Counted from the first letter of the stretch, positions 1 to 9,052 are shown. The stretch: DNA of 56,027 bases from a virus (IMGVR_UViG_3300010316_000010:1-56027); one strand, 5' to 3'. Notes: generated by a model not told the origin, from the letters alone. A program made the numbers and translations.

Positions 1-59
1 AGTGCGGAAGCCTCTGCGGACAGGGCGGCGAAGTTCGGGCGGTAATGCTCCATCATCGG

Positions 60-365
60 TCAGCCCTCCAGTCCGGAGTACTGCACGAAGTGCTCGCGCA
101 GACTGACCATGATGCTGACCAGCTCCAGCGGATCGTCGCTGATCTCGCGTGCCATGACCTCGCGGCTAACCTTCAGGTCGTGCGCGGCCAGCGTCACCGT
201 GACGAAGGTCTCGGGATCGTCCAGGCTGGTGCGGAGTTCGTCCATCAAGCCCTGCGGCGTCAGCGGCCCCACGCTGTCAACGTGAAGCATGACGCCCTCG
301 TGCTCCAGCAGAGTCGCAGCGGCGTGGATCAGGCGCAGTTGCGCCGCGTTCAGTATGTTCGTCAT
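60..365 (-). CDS. hypothetical protein
   Basis: ORF with ATG at 365, AAGGG RBS and upstream promoter at 418-447. Confidence 0.6.
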   Translation of the reverse strand: MTNILNAAQLRLIHAAATLLEHEGVMLHVDSVGPLTPQGLMDELRTSLDDPETFVTVTLAAHDLKVSREVMAREISDDPLELVSIMVSLREHFVQYSGLEG

Positions 366-417
366 CGTGTCTACCCTTGTTGCTATCGTGTCCGGCAACC
401 GCGCCGTCCATAGATAC

Positions 418-448
418 ACTATAGCACTTGGGCCTTGTCTTCCGCAAG
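418..448 (-). promoter_or_regulatory. sigma70-like promoter overlapping a CTTG-N7-CAAG palindrome
   Basis: Minus strand TTGCGG-N18-TATAGT; palindrome at 434-448. Confidence 0.6.
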
Positions 449-600
449 CCTCTTTGTGCGCGAAGAGGGTAACATAATGTTACAGTGACTCCGTCGTCGC
501 CGGGCGGTCCGCGATTCGGCGAACAGGCGACGCGAGTTCCCCGACTCTGGGAGCGCCGGATTCGCGGAGCGACGTATGCGAATACGCGAGCGGAGGATCG

Positions 601-650
601 CGCACCCCCTCCCGGTTTATCGTGCGCACCCCATCCCGGTTTATCGTTCC
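601..650 (+). repeat. two tandem 24-bp direct repeats (third copy at 1147-1170)
   Basis: cgcacccc(c/a)tcccggtttatcgt at 601-623 and 625-647; 627-650 is identical to 1147-1170. Confidence 0.9.
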
Positions 651-1072
651 TCGCCCGTGGCCTTCTTCGCTCGGCTCGCGGCTTCCAGGAGTCCAAGAAG
701 ATTTCCCGCCAGGACCTTCTTCTGCTCCTCGTGCTCGAGGACGTCCGGCGAGTCCAGGATAGAGACCGCGGAGAGTTTCGGGCGAAGATAAGGAGCCGCG
801 TCGCTGTTGGCCTGTCTGCGGAGGGAGGGTTCGTTGCTGTAGTCCGAAGCCATGATCGCGAGCTCTACGACAGGATCGTACTCCTCGATCAGCGGCTGGA
901 TGCGGTCGAGTTCTCGCTCGTCGATCGGCAATCCGTGCTCCTCGAGATACCGCGCACGGATCTCGTCGCGTTTCAGCGAGGTGAAGTGGTGGACTGCGTC
1001 TTGGCTCGCGGCGCGAAGAGCAGTCTTCGAGCGAACACCATGTTGAGGTCTCATAGGGCTGTTCATTCGCAC
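641..1072 (-). CDS. terS: terminase small subunit (YuA-like)
   Basis: YDPVVELAIMA...RRQANSDAAPYLRPKL matches the A(A/P)Y.HPKL-type TerS motif; same strand as terL across the contig ends. Confidence 0.65.
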   Translation of the reverse strand: MRMNSPMRPQHGVRSKTALRAASQDAVHHFTSLKRDEIRARYLEEHGLPIDERELDRIQPLIEEYDPVVELAIMASDYSNEPSLRRQANSDAAPYLRPKLSAVSILDSPDVLEHEEQKKVLAGNLLGLLEAASRAKKATGEER

Positions 1073-1146
1073 AATCTTTCACAAAATCTGACGAAGACGA
1101 TTCATGGAAATTATTCTAACACGACCTTTAATCCCGCGCAAGTACT

Positions 1147-1170
1147 CACCCCATCCCGGTTTATCGTTCC
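1147..1170 (+). repeat. third copy of 24-bp repeat, upstream of terS
   Basis: caccccatcccggtttatcgttcc, identical to 627-650. Confidence 0.9.
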
Positions 1171-1332
1171 AGTTTGAGGAGCGGGGGGCTATTGTTCCCC
1201 TGCACCGAAACAATAATTGAGCACCGCAAAACCAATAACCGAACGTTTGATCTGTGCAAAAATGCGCAGTTTCGCACAAAATCCCCTCAAACACCTACTC
1301 GAGAGCACATCACAGTATTACTCTCCCCCGCT

Positions 1333-1458
1333 CACGCCACTTAGCAATAAAGAACCAATAACTCTTTTATCCATACGTTACAGTGACATAGACCTCAAGT
1401 TATTACTTTATCAGTTACATTTGGGGGTTTGGAACTTTTACAAACAGCGATGGGCGCG
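1333..1458 (+). repeat. AT-rich non-coding element, inverted homolog of 24915-25042 (candidate replication origin)
   Basis: Perfect 17-, 12- and 11-bp blocks plus colinear CAATA motifs shared with the reverse complement of 24915-25042. Confidence 0.8.
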
Positions 1459-1527
1459 TAGCGCATAGACAGGCTCACGCGTGAATGGGCGCGCGCGAAT
1501 ACATCAAGACCACCCCCGTGACAACCC

Positions 1528-1734
1528 CTAAACGTCATCCTCGAGCGGAACAAGGTCCAAGGAGCTCACCTTCCGCACCCTGCTACTCTTCTCGTCCCTC
1601 ACGTACCTGCCGTCAGGGTAGTGCTTCGTCACCCCCCCGAATATGTCCATCGCGACCAAGGACCCCGAACCCGGAGCGTCCCTACACAGAATTCGGACCT
1701 CCACACTCGGAGCTTTCCTGTACGCCACCCGCAT
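1528..1734 (-). CDS. hypothetical protein
   Basis: Short ORF at the end of the early minus-strand operon. Confidence 0.4.
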   Translation of the reverse strand: MRVAYRKAPSVEVRILCRDAPGSGSLVAMDIFGGVTKHYPDGRYVRDEKSSRVRKVSSLDLVPLEDDV

Positions 1735-1872
1735 TTAGCCACCTACACTCTCGCTTTGCCCTGCCAGCACCCTACCACCACCAGCACCCCCAACTGAGAC
1801 CCCAGCCCCCCAGCCAGCGCCTCCTAGCCCCATCTGTGCACCCCCACCACCCACGCCCTAGCGGGGGACGCC

Positions 1873-2553
1873 TCATGCCAGTAGCCTCGGGCCGCTGGCT
1901 CCGCTCACCCGCCCACCCAGATGGACCTTGTTCCCCGCAGCGATACCAGCCCGCGCACCTTCCCCTACGAGTTTAGACCCGCGACCCTTAGACGATGTCG
2001 TCTGCATATGTTCACCCATCCACGCTTGTACTTGCTGATACTCTTTCAAGAGCACGAGCCCAGTCCCCTCCACCTTCGCTTTAGACTCACTCGCTTCACG
2101 CATCTCGTACAGGCGTCCGGCGATACGTGTTCCGCAACCCCTCTCGAAAGCGAGCAGATATCGCCTATCTCCCCCCGCCTCCCGCCGCGCGGCCAGAGCC
2201 AAGCGCCGAACCTCGTCATCGAGGAACTGGATCATACTCGCTGCGACAGTCGCACCAGCCTCGCGACCGATGATGTCGTACCTGTTCACCGACCCGCCCT
2301 TGTAGAAGACGGCCTCGCAGCCGTAGAGGCGGGAACACTGGATTATGATCTGACGTCGCCACGGATCGATGTACTTCGGGTTGACCGTGTGCGGACCGAT
2401 AACCCCCCGCTCCTCCAGGACGGACTCGTCCAAGCCGTGCTCCTCCATCAATTTGCGGGCCTTCTCGGCACAGGTCAAGGCCTCAGCCTCGCCAGCCGCC
2501 GCGTCGCGGGCCTTAGCCATCAACTTCTTGATCTTGTCTGCGATGTCACTCAT
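1873..2553 (-). CDS. DUF2786-domain protein
   Basis: N-terminal KIKKLMAKA...EAEA...AEKARKLMEEHGL signature; GAGGAG RBS. Confidence 0.75.
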   Translation of the reverse strand: MSDIADKIKKLMAKARDAAAGEAEALTCAEKARKLMEEHGLDESVLEERGVIGPHTVNPKYIDPWRRQIIIQCSRLYGCEAVFYKGGSVNRYDIIGREAGATVAASMIQFLDDEVRRLALAARREAGGDRRYLLAFERGCGTRIAGRLYEMREASESKAKVEGTGLVLLKEYQQVQAWMGEHMQTTSSKGRGSKLVGEGARAGIAAGNKVHLGGRVSGASGPRLLA

Positions 2554-2590
2554 CTTGATACTCCTCGTTGCTGTGTGAATACATTTTAAC

Positions 2591-2863
2591 TTACGAACGG
2601 TCTCGTAGACCAGCCTCCACCCCTCGGATCAGGCCCATCTTGCCGTACGAGTGAGCCAAGATACTCGCGTCTGTGATGTTCGCCCCACCCGCCGCCAGAT
2701 AGCCGACGAGGTAGAAGACTTCCTGCGCCGCCGCCGCTGCCGCGACGAGGCGCTCGTAGTCGTCCATCCCGTCTATCGCAGCCTGCGAGTGTATCTCCTG
2801 CATCGCAGCTCGCGCTATCGTCTGGCCCATCAACTCCGCTGCTCGGGCGTCCTCATGATTCAT
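2591..2863 (-). CDS. hypothetical protein
   Basis: ORF in tightly packed operon, GAGG RBS. Confidence 0.55.
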   Translation of the reverse strand: MNHEDARAAELMGQTIARAAMQEIHSQAAIDGMDDYERLVAAAAAAQEVFYLVGYLAAGGANITDASILAHSYGKMGLIRGVEAGLRDRS

Positions 2864-3191
2864 CTAGTCGTCCTCTCATCAGTTTTCTCGCGGACCGCAC
2901 GATGCCTTGACGCCTGTTCTTGTCAGCATCTGGACCCATGAATATGGAGCGATCATGCGTGTCCAGCGCCACCAGTACAGACTCAATCACAACCATCTGC
3001 TCCTCGAGCACCTTTCTCTCATGCTCTGATGCACAGAACTTCGTGTACGTCTCCAGCACCAAGGCACACAGATTACCGTTCTTTTCGTGAAGAACCTCGA
3101 TCTGCGCCTGCAAATCCTCCACTATCTCAGGATACGTCGTCACGCTCAATCTCCCACACCCCGTAGCAGGCTCCGTCACCTTCGTGCGCAC
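2853..3191 (-). CDS. hypothetical coiled-coil protein (start uncertain)
   Basis: ORF overlapping its neighbours; heptad-like segment. Confidence 0.45.
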   Translation of the reverse strand: MRTKVTEPATGCGRLSVTTYPEIVEDLQAQIEVLHEKNGNLCALVLETYTKFCASEHERKVLEEQMVVIESVLVALDTHDRSIFMGPDADKNRRQGIVRSARKLMRGRLDES

Positions 3192-3459
3192 CTATCCACA
3201 ACCCTGCCGGAGCAAGGACCTCGCACCACCACCGCTCGTACTCCTCGAGCAGTTCAGCGAACTCGAGTTCGTCGACCTGCTCGGCCAGAGCCTCCTCAGC
3301 CTCGTGGTGGACGCCGGGACGGCGAGTCAGATACCCCCGCCCCAGCCCGACCAGACACCGCAACCTGAGCCGCGAACCGAGATGCCCCTCTGTGAGCACC
3401 CCCACCGCGATTTTGCCCTGAGGAAATACTTCCTCGCGCCGTGCACCACCTATCATCAT
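3127..3459 (-). CDS. hypothetical protein
   Basis: ATGA overlap with upstream gene. Confidence 0.45.
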   Translation of the reverse strand: MMIGGARREEVFPQGKIAVGVLTEGHLGSRLRLRCLVGLGRGYLTRRPGVHHEAEEALAEQVDELEFAELLEEYERWWCEVLAPAGLWIGAHEGDGACYGVWEIERDDVS

Positions 3460-3674
3460 TTTTTCATCTCCTCAGCATCCCTCAGTGCGCTCAGCTTGTA
3501 CTGACACCAGTCGGGGGTCCACATGTCAGCGGGCAGCCGTAGAGTGCCGCTGTTCCAGAGGCAGGAGTTACCCAGCCGACCAGCACAGTCAAAGCGTCCG
3601 CTCTGGCACTTGGCGACCATCTCACCATCTCGCTCGATCACGACTGGTCCGAATGTCTTCTGATAATCACTCAT
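3456..3674 (-). CDS. hypothetical Cys-rich protein
   Basis: Four Cys; coupled start/stop with neighbours. Confidence 0.55.
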   Translation of the reverse strand: MSDYQKTFGPVVIERDGEMVAKCQSGRFDCAGRLGNSCLWNSGTLRLPADMWTPDWCQYKLSALRDAEEMKK

Positions 3675-3813
3675 TCTCTGTCTCCAGCTTCTTTATCTCT
3701 TGCTTCAGTTGCTCCACGTACTTCGGATCGCCGAGGTGCGGATACTTCGCCAGTACCTTCGGGTTCGTGCAGTCTGCGAGATCGCTTCGCAGTATCTTCA
3801 GCCTACCCGCCAT
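3667..3813 (-). CDS. hypothetical protein
   Basis: ATG at 3813 with GGGGAG RBS. Confidence 0.5.
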   Translation of the reverse strand: MAGRLKILRSDLADCTNPKVLAKYPHLGDPKYVEQLKQEIKKLETENE

Positions 3814-4057
3814 CGCCCCACTCCCCCAACTCAATACGTATCTTCCGCTCCAGCTCGGCCCAGCCGTCGAAAGCGTGGACCGTGTTCCTCGCAGCCTGAT
3901 CAGCCAGCTCGCGCAGGAACGCTGCGCGAGCATCAGGCATGACGACGATACTCAGCTGCTCGATACCCGTGAGTCGCTGATCACCCACAGTGACTTCTGC
4001 ACTGTGCGCGTCGCCGTCTGTGATCTTGATGTGAACGAGTTTCCCTGCTTCAGCCAT
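3803..4057 (-). CDS. hypothetical protein
   Basis: ATG at 4057 with GGAG RBS, overlapping upstream stop. Confidence 0.55.
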   Translation of the reverse strand: MAEAGKLVHIKITDGDAHSAEVTVGDQRLTGIEQLSIVVMPDARAAFLRELADQAARNTVHAFDGWAELERKIRIELGEWGDGG

Positions 4058-4307
4058 TACTCCACTCCACGTTGTCGTCGTCGGACGCCTGCTCGGCCAC
4101 CAGTGCGGCGAGTTTCTCGCCGAACTTTTCTGCGAACTCTTCTTCACTGTACTCCTTATCTTCGTAGGAGATACCGCGAACCTCGACGTTCTCAGGCTCG
4201 TACCAGATGGGCGAGCGGGCGACACCGTAGTCGTTGCGGACCATCTCGGCGTCCATCTCCACGTAGAACTCCATCGTCACGCAGACTGTTCTCGTTGCTC
4301 TAGTCAT
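4050..4307 (-). CDS. hypothetical acidic protein
   Basis: ORF in operon with overlapping ends. Confidence 0.55.
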   Translation of the reverse strand: MTRATRTVCVTMEFYVEMDAEMVRNDYGVARSPIWYEPENVEVRGISYEDKEYSEEEFAEKFGEKLAALVAEQASDDDNVEWSNG

Positions 4308-4491
4308 TGCTCACCCTCACCCCCAGACGCTCGCACATGCGCCACATCGTTCCCACGTTGACGACGAGCTTCCTGCTCGCCGACGTGATGCTGCCGCACT
4401 CGTCCACCGCAGCCTGAAGCATTTCCTTCAGCTCGGTATCGTGTCGCGCTCTGAGGGCGGCGTACTCACCACCGCTGTTCTTCTGTTCCAT
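4300..4491 (-). CDS. small Fis-like helix-turn-helix protein
   Basis: GSITSASRKLVVNVGTMWRMCERLG fits an HTH pattern. Confidence 0.55.
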   Translation of the reverse strand: MEQKNSGGEYAALRARHDTELKEMLQAAVDECGSITSASRKLVVNVGTMWRMCERLGVRVSND

Positions 4492-4663
4492 CTACCAGTC
4501 CTTTCTTTGTTCCACCCATAAGGATGTGCTTGATCTCACCGCCCGTCAGGCCGCACATGCCACCCAGAGTCAGCACGGTGATATTCGTCGTGTCGAAGAA
4601 GTCACGTATCTCCTCATCGGACCAGTCCCCCGCTCGGCGGGGGTCGCACCACTTCTCACCCAT
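4466..4663 (-). CDS. hypothetical protein
   Basis: ORF in operon. Confidence 0.5.
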   Translation of the reverse strand: MGEKWCDPRRAGDWSDEEIRDFFDTTNITVLTLGGMCGLTGGEIKHILMGGTKKGLVDGTEEQRW

Positions 4664-4880
4664 CTAGTCTCATCCTTGTCTCTGTTCCGAGCCAGCGACC
4701 CTCGCAGGTCCAGAAGCTCAGTTCGACCACTGTTCCGTCGTCGAAGAGTTCGCTGACTTTCTTGTCGCGCTCGCGCTTGGTCCGCATGTACCACAACTGA
4801 GCAAAGCTGCCGCCAGGACCACCACAGACCCCGAGGACGTAGGTCCCCGAAGCCTGTCGCCACGTCTGAGCCTCAGGCAC
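4656..4880 (-). CDS. hypothetical protein
   Basis: ORF in operon. Confidence 0.45.
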   Translation of the reverse strand: MPEAQTWRQASGTYVLGVCGGPGGSFAQLWYMRTKRERDKKVSELFDDGTVVELSFWTCEGRWLGTETRMRLDG

Positions 4881-5097
4881 CGCGCTGCGCCCTCACCCAA
4901 GCGTCGAGATCAGCCACTGCTGCGTCAGCCTCGGTTCGCTTGTACGTCTTGCCGACGATGCGTCCCGCTGCTGCAAGAGCCTTGGTCATCGTCCAGCCAC
5001 GGTTCGGTCGCATACCGAGCTTCATCATCTTGATGCCGTGCTTGGTGGTGATCGCCTGAAATACGGTGACCTCTTCGATACCTGCGAAAGTCGTCAT
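4873..5097 (-). CDS. hypothetical protein
   Basis: AGGAG RBS before ATG. Confidence 0.6.
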   Translation of the reverse strand: MTTFAGIEEVTVFQAITTKHGIKMMKLGMRPNRGWTMTKALAAAGRIVGKTYKRTEADAAVADLDAWVRAQRGA

Positions 5098-5100
5098 GAT

Positions 5101-5289
5101 TTATCTCCTGACCTGTACAGTGAATTCCATGTTGTCGAGGATGTCTTCGACAGCTCGCTCGATCGCACCCTCACGCTCGAATTCTTCCAGCAACTTGCGC
5201 TCAACCATCTCACCGACTATCTCTTCCAAGTCGTCGGAGATGTACGTCAGCAAGGCTTTTGCGATAGCTTTCATCATATCTTCCATCAC
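5101..5289 (-). CDS. hypothetical acidic protein
   Basis: GGAGG RBS; overlap with upstream stop. Confidence 0.55.
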   Translation of the reverse strand: MMEDMMKAIAKALLTYISDDLEEIVGEMVERKLLEEFEREGAIERAVEDILDNMEFTVQVRR

Positions 5290-5555
5290 ACCACCTCCGC
5301 GAGCAGTTCGCTCACCCAGTCAGGCACCCCTGTCGGCAACGTCTCCACAGCGTTCAGCCAGCCGCGAGCTTCGTCCAGGAACATCTCGTAGTGGTCGTCG
5401 TTCTCGATGAACTCTTCGCAGATGGTCAGCACTGCGCTCACGAGCGTCGTGTGCTCGTTGAAACTCCACCACCGCATATTCTCAGCGGTCGGGCGGGGCA
5501 TCCCGCAGTTTGAGCGGGCGAGCATCGCCGCTGCTACGAACTTGATATGATTCAT
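5286..5555 (-). CDS. hypothetical protein
   Basis: GGAG RBS; first gene after promoter at 5592-5622. Confidence 0.6.
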   Translation of the reverse strand: MNHIKFVAAAMLARSNCGMPRPTAENMRWWSFNEHTTLVSAVLTICEEFIENDDHYEMFLDEARGWLNAVETLPTGVPDWVSELLAEVV

Positions 5556-5591
5556 GATATTCTCCGTTGTTGTGTGCTACTGCGTAGAGCA

Positions 5592-5622
5592 AGCCTAACC
5601 TGCGACCCTTGTCAAGCGCAAG
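5592..5622 (-). promoter_or_regulatory. early promoter with CTTG-N7-CAAG palindrome
   Basis: Minus strand TTGCGC-N18-TAGGCT (contains TTGACA); nearly identical to 6623-6653. Confidence 0.7.
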
Positions 5623-5848
5623 TTCGTTTTATGTAGGGAAGATACGTTTTCACGCTGATCATGTGATGATTGCCCTCCTCGTCCTGACAGTGCAGAATCC
5701 CGTCCGCCTCCAGGTAGACGGGGTGGTTCTTGTACACGTAGACCGCACCGTCGTCTGCCTCCAGTCCGTTATTCTTCCACGCCTCTGCGGGTGTGGCGAA
5801 GTGGAACTCACCGTCCACGAGTGCCTGAACATAGTCGTTGATTGTCAT
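5612..5848 (-). CDS. hypothetical protein
   Basis: GAGGG RBS, phage-like codon usage. Confidence 0.55.
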   Translation of the reverse strand: MTINDYVQALVDGEFHFATPAEAWKNNGLEADDGAVYVYKNHPVYLEADGILHCQDEEGNHHMISVKTYLPYIKRTCA

Positions 5849-6008
5849 AGTCCCTCATCCAGTCTGTCTGCGGCGCGACGCAGCTTCGTCGCCCATTCCT
5901 TCATTGTCCATCTGCCAACGGAGCGGCGAGTCTCCATGTGCAGGTGAAGCGTACCGACCACCCCCGCCATTTCGGCGAGGGCTTCACGTATCCTCTGACC
6001 CGCTGTTC

Positions 6009-6359
6009 TCACCGCAGAATCCGATAGAGGTGGTCAGCCTTGACCATACTTACCCCCGCCTGAACCTGCTCCAGCGTGAGGTTCGACTCAGTGTTCTCGC
6101 CGTCGTCGTCGCAGTCGCCCACGACGAGCGCGCGACCACAGATCAACTCAGGGTGATCGGGGGTCATTAAGAAGCCCTCGTGCTCTCTGAGAAGCCCCTC
6201 GTCGTCGCAGTAGATCACGTTCTTCTCGTCGTACTGCGCGATCGTCACGCAGCTACACTGGAGGAGTTCGTAGGAGCACTCGAGGAAGCCGCTGCCTGAG
6301 CGGGGGATATTGTGCTCGGTGACTTTGCCCGCGATCGGGTCGATCAGAAATACTTTCAT
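6009..6359 (-). CDS. DUF3846-like protein
   Basis: VIYCDDEGLL...ICGRALVVG motif. Confidence 0.6.
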   Translation of the reverse strand: MKVFLIDPIAGKVTEHNIPRSGSGFLECSYELLQCSCVTIAQYDEKNVIYCDDEGLLREHEGFLMTPDHPELICGRALVVGDCDDDGENTESNLTLEQVQAGVSMVKADHLYRILR

Positions 6360-6586
6360 CAGAACACCATCCAGTAGTTGTCTTCAGTCAAGGGATCTCC
6401 TGGCTCGCCGTTCACGTACCAGCCCTCCTCCTCGTTATCTACTGGGGAGGCCACGGGGGCCATCACTTCCACAGGGCAACCCATCGGGCCGTCCAGCACG
6501 TAGCGGAAACCTTCGTGTACGAAGTCGTCGTTCTCGCGGCAGCGCCGCTGCGCCTCAAGTGGTGATAAAGTCGGGGTCTTACTCAT
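6359..6586 (-). CDS. hypothetical protein
   Basis: AAGGAG RBS; first gene after promoter. Confidence 0.6.
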   Translation of the reverse strand: MSKTPTLSPLEAQRRCRENDDFVHEGFRYVLDGPMGCPVEVMAPVASPVDNEEEGWYVNGEPGDPLTEDNYWMVF

Positions 6587-6622
6587 GATAGTTCTCCTTG
6601 CTGAGCACCGTTGCTCTGAGCA

Positions 6623-6653
6623 AGCCTACCATGCGGCCCTTGTCAAGGACAAG
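6623..6653 (-). promoter_or_regulatory. early promoter with CTTG-N7-CAAG palindrome
   Basis: Minus strand TTGTCC-N18-TAGGCT; shares cttgacaaggg...taggcttgctc with 5592-5622. Confidence 0.7.
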
Positions 6654-6657
6654 CCTC

Positions 6658-6864
6658 TTATTGTTCTTTCTTCTTGTAGACCTTGATCTCCTCGATACCG
6701 AGGTGCTCCATGATCTTGAACCCCGGAGCGCGATGCCCCCACAGAACAGCGTTTAGGAATGATGGGTAGACTCCGAGCTTGTCCGCGAAGGCTGACTGAG
6801 AAGAGTAACCCCTCAGTTCTTCCTTCAGTGTCTCGATGATCTCTTCTCGTGTTATTATCTGCAC
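6658..6864 (-). CDS. XRE/Cro-like HTH transcriptional regulator
   Basis: SQSAFADKLGVYPSFLNAVLWGHRAPG HTH signature; GTG start at 6864. Confidence 0.7.
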   Translation of the reverse strand: MQIITREEIIETLKEELRGYSSQSAFADKLGVYPSFLNAVLWGHRAPGFKIMEHLGIEEIKVYKKKEQ

Positions 6865-7310
6865 AATATCTTTCCTATCTTCTCCCAGTCCCAGTTCTCC
6901 GGACCACCGGAGCAGACGATCAGCGGTTCTGGTCCTTTGAGTCCGTGCTTCCCGAGTTCCGAGACGACGCGACCCGAGTGGAGCCAAATCTCGTCGACAG
7001 GCGCACCGAGGCGCACCCCACCCTGAGTTTGTCTCCGAGTCGCCACGAACACGCGACCTCCTCGAATCGTACGTTCTCTGATCCAACCGATCTGCTCGGT
7101 TCGCAGACCGACGGACCAAGCATCAGTCTTCTTGAACTCGATCCAGCCCTCCACACCCACGATCCACCCGTCTCCGGACGGGTGGCTCGTCGATGCGCAG
7201 AAGTTCGAGTCAGGAATCCCGCGCCCCGTCCCTCCGGTCTCGACGGACTGCCAGTGCCACCCCCGCCGGAGTTTATCTCGGAACTTGTCTCGCAGTCCGC
7301 CGTCGATCAT
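6855..7310 (-). CDS. PD-(D/E)XK nuclease (VRR-NUC / Holliday junction resolvase-like)
   Basis: VETGGTGRGIPD...WIEFK...LRTEQIGWI motifs. Confidence 0.75.
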   Translation of the reverse strand: MIDGGLRDKFRDKLRRGWHWQSVETGGTGRGIPDSNFCASTSHPSGDGWIVGVEGWIEFKKTDAWSVGLRTEQIGWIRERTIRGGRVFVATRRQTQGGVRLGAPVDEIWLHSGRVVSELGKHGLKGPEPLIVCSGGPENWDWEKIGKILCR

Positions 7311-7429
7311 CGTTAGTTCTCCAACTGCTGTGCGGGCCGTACACTCTCAGTTTGCCCTACCCGCACCTACCACCCCAAAACAGCGTTCCTGACCGCTGGG
7401 CGACCGCGCCAGCGCGTCTGACGCGTCAT

Positions 7430-8095
7430 CTACCGCATGTAGTGGCGTGCGGTGTGCAAAACGTCGCCGTCGAAGTCCTGTTTGGTGATCCAGGAGAGGT
7501 AGCTCTGCGGCACCTCAGACCAGAGTTCGCCGAAGTGCTTGCCGAACCCGACCTTCTTGAGCAGAATGGGGGCAGTGCTGAGGTAAATCAGCTCCTCGAC
7601 GCTGCGATCCTTCGCCAAGAATTCCAGGAGTTTCTGAGTCACCCACGCGTCGTAGAGGGCGCGGTGAGCCAAGACCCCCGCCTCAGCGGGCATGTCCGAC
7701 CAGTCCAGACCGAACTCGTAGGCGAGCGACATGTTCTTGTGCGACTCGGCGTCGGGAAGAAGGTGCATGGCGAGTCGATACGTGCAGATCCAAGGTTTCT
7801 CCTGCATCCACTTCGGGAGAAACGCCTTGTCGAAGGCAGCGTTGTGAGCAGCGAATACGATGTCATCCTCCGGACCGCAGCAGTAGTCGATCACAGACTC
7901 GAGAGTCGGCGCATCAGCGACCATCTCTTCTGTAATGTGGTGCGTCGCCATCGCTCCGAAGCTGATCTTGTGCTCGGGTTTGATGAGACTGTGGTGGTAG
8001 TCTCCGATCTTGTCTACAGTCGCAAACTCCACGACGCTGTTCGTCAGTGGGTCGAATCCGGTAGTCTCGGTGTCGATAGTCCAGATGTTAGTCAT
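7430..8095 (-). CDS. DEDDh 3'-5' exonuclease (ExoX/DnaQ-like) with C-terminal FGKH motif
   Basis: IDTETTG, AHNAAFD, HRALYD; VGFGKHFG...VPQSYLSW tail. Confidence 0.9.
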   Translation of the reverse strand: MTNIWTIDTETTGFDPLTNSVVEFATVDKIGDYHHSLIKPEHKISFGAMATHHITEEMVADAPTLESVIDYCCGPEDDIVFAAHNAAFDKAFLPKWMQEKPWICTYRLAMHLLPDAESHKNMSLAYEFGLDWSDMPAEAGVLAHRALYDAWVTQKLLEFLAKDRSVEELIYLSTAPILLKKVGFGKHFGELWSEVPQSYLSWITKQDFDGDVLHTARHYMR

Positions 8096-8101
8096 GTCGG
8101 G

Positions 8102-8130
8102 TTGTCCTGTGATTGTTCCGCGATTATACT
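8102..8130 (+). promoter_or_regulatory. sigma70-like promoter
   Basis: TTGTCC-N17-TATACT upstream of AAAGGAG and ATG 8156. Confidence 0.7.
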
Positions 8131-8155
8131 ACAAACTACCAAAGGAGTTACAATC

Positions 8156-8818
8156 ATGCAACACGTACACGAAATTCCGAGAATGCGTCGTACGAAGCAC
8201 GACTTCACGACCTACACTGACGCTCAACTTCTCAGCGCGTTCAACGCCGTGAATACTCGAGAGATACGGCACTTCTCTGATCGTCAGGTCCTCGAGAGGC
8301 GACTCATCCAGCTTCTCGACAGCCGAGAGCTGATGCTGGACTGGTTCGCGAACGGCAGTGAGATTATGATAACGGAGGACGGCGTCGCCATATACTCACT
8401 GCGAAACCACCCGAGCAACCGAGTTGCTCTCGGTCACGCGGCAGACTACAAGGATCTGATCATCCACATGCTGGTGGACGAGAACCCGAAGACTGGTCGC
8501 TCCATGCGACGATTCGACCTGTACGAGGAGGGTATCTCAGTCGCCGACTACGTCGCCCGCTGCATGGTGCTGATGGGTGAGAAAAATGGCAGAGTATGGG
8601 CTCATCAGGACCTGAGGTGGGACGTAGCTCGCGGCTTCATATCGCTGGAGTGTCCGTACACGGGGGAGACTATCATCAAGGTGGAGCAGTTCGACACGTG
8701 GTGGATCGGCGTAATAGCTATGAGTCGAAAGAAGCGCGACAAGGAGAGATACGAGCGCGGCGAGATACCGCGCCCGACATTCATGGAACCGGAAGATATC
8801 AGTCAGACAGTTTCTTGA
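8156..8818 (+). CDS. hypothetical protein with NPK...RF..Y...WD..G.I domain (paralog 1)
   Basis: Own promoter and RBS; ENPKTGRSMRRFDLYEEGISV...DLRWDVARGFI. Confidence 0.7.
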   Translation: MQHVHEIPRMRRTKHDFTTYTDAQLLSAFNAVNTREIRHFSDRQVLERRLIQLLDSRELMLDWFANGSEIMITEDGVAIYSLRNHPSNRVALGHAADYKDLIIHMLVDENPKTGRSMRRFDLYEEGISVADYVARCMVLMGEKNGRVWAHQDLRWDVARGFISLECPYTGETIIKVEQFDTWWIGVIAMSRKKRDKERYERGEIPRPTFMEPEDISQTVS

Positions 8819-9052
8819 TAATGTCTTCGTAGACTTCGTCTACAGTCTGCGGGTGCGCTGTGGTGAGTTTCTTGTGAACTATGCTTCGCACCTTGTCAGA
8901 CAGAGTTGAAACTTTTCTCACATGTTCTCTGTCCAGAGTACACCCCCTGCATCTACAGTTATCGAAGTATCTGTGTTCGTTACCGTAGATGCAGGTAACT
9001 GTCTCATCTTCTTTTTCTGCCGCCCAGCCTCTACTACTTCCCATTTTCGCTC

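Noticed and set aside
1740-1870. C-rich tract on plus strand (G runs on minus strand)
   Set aside because: It could be a small Gly/Trp-rich ORF or a G-quadruplex, but it has no repeat structure or other support.
7193-8155. 541-aa plus-strand ORF 7193-8818
   Set aside because: The 5' part is antisense to the exonuclease and nuclease genes. The promoter and RBS point to a real start at 8156.
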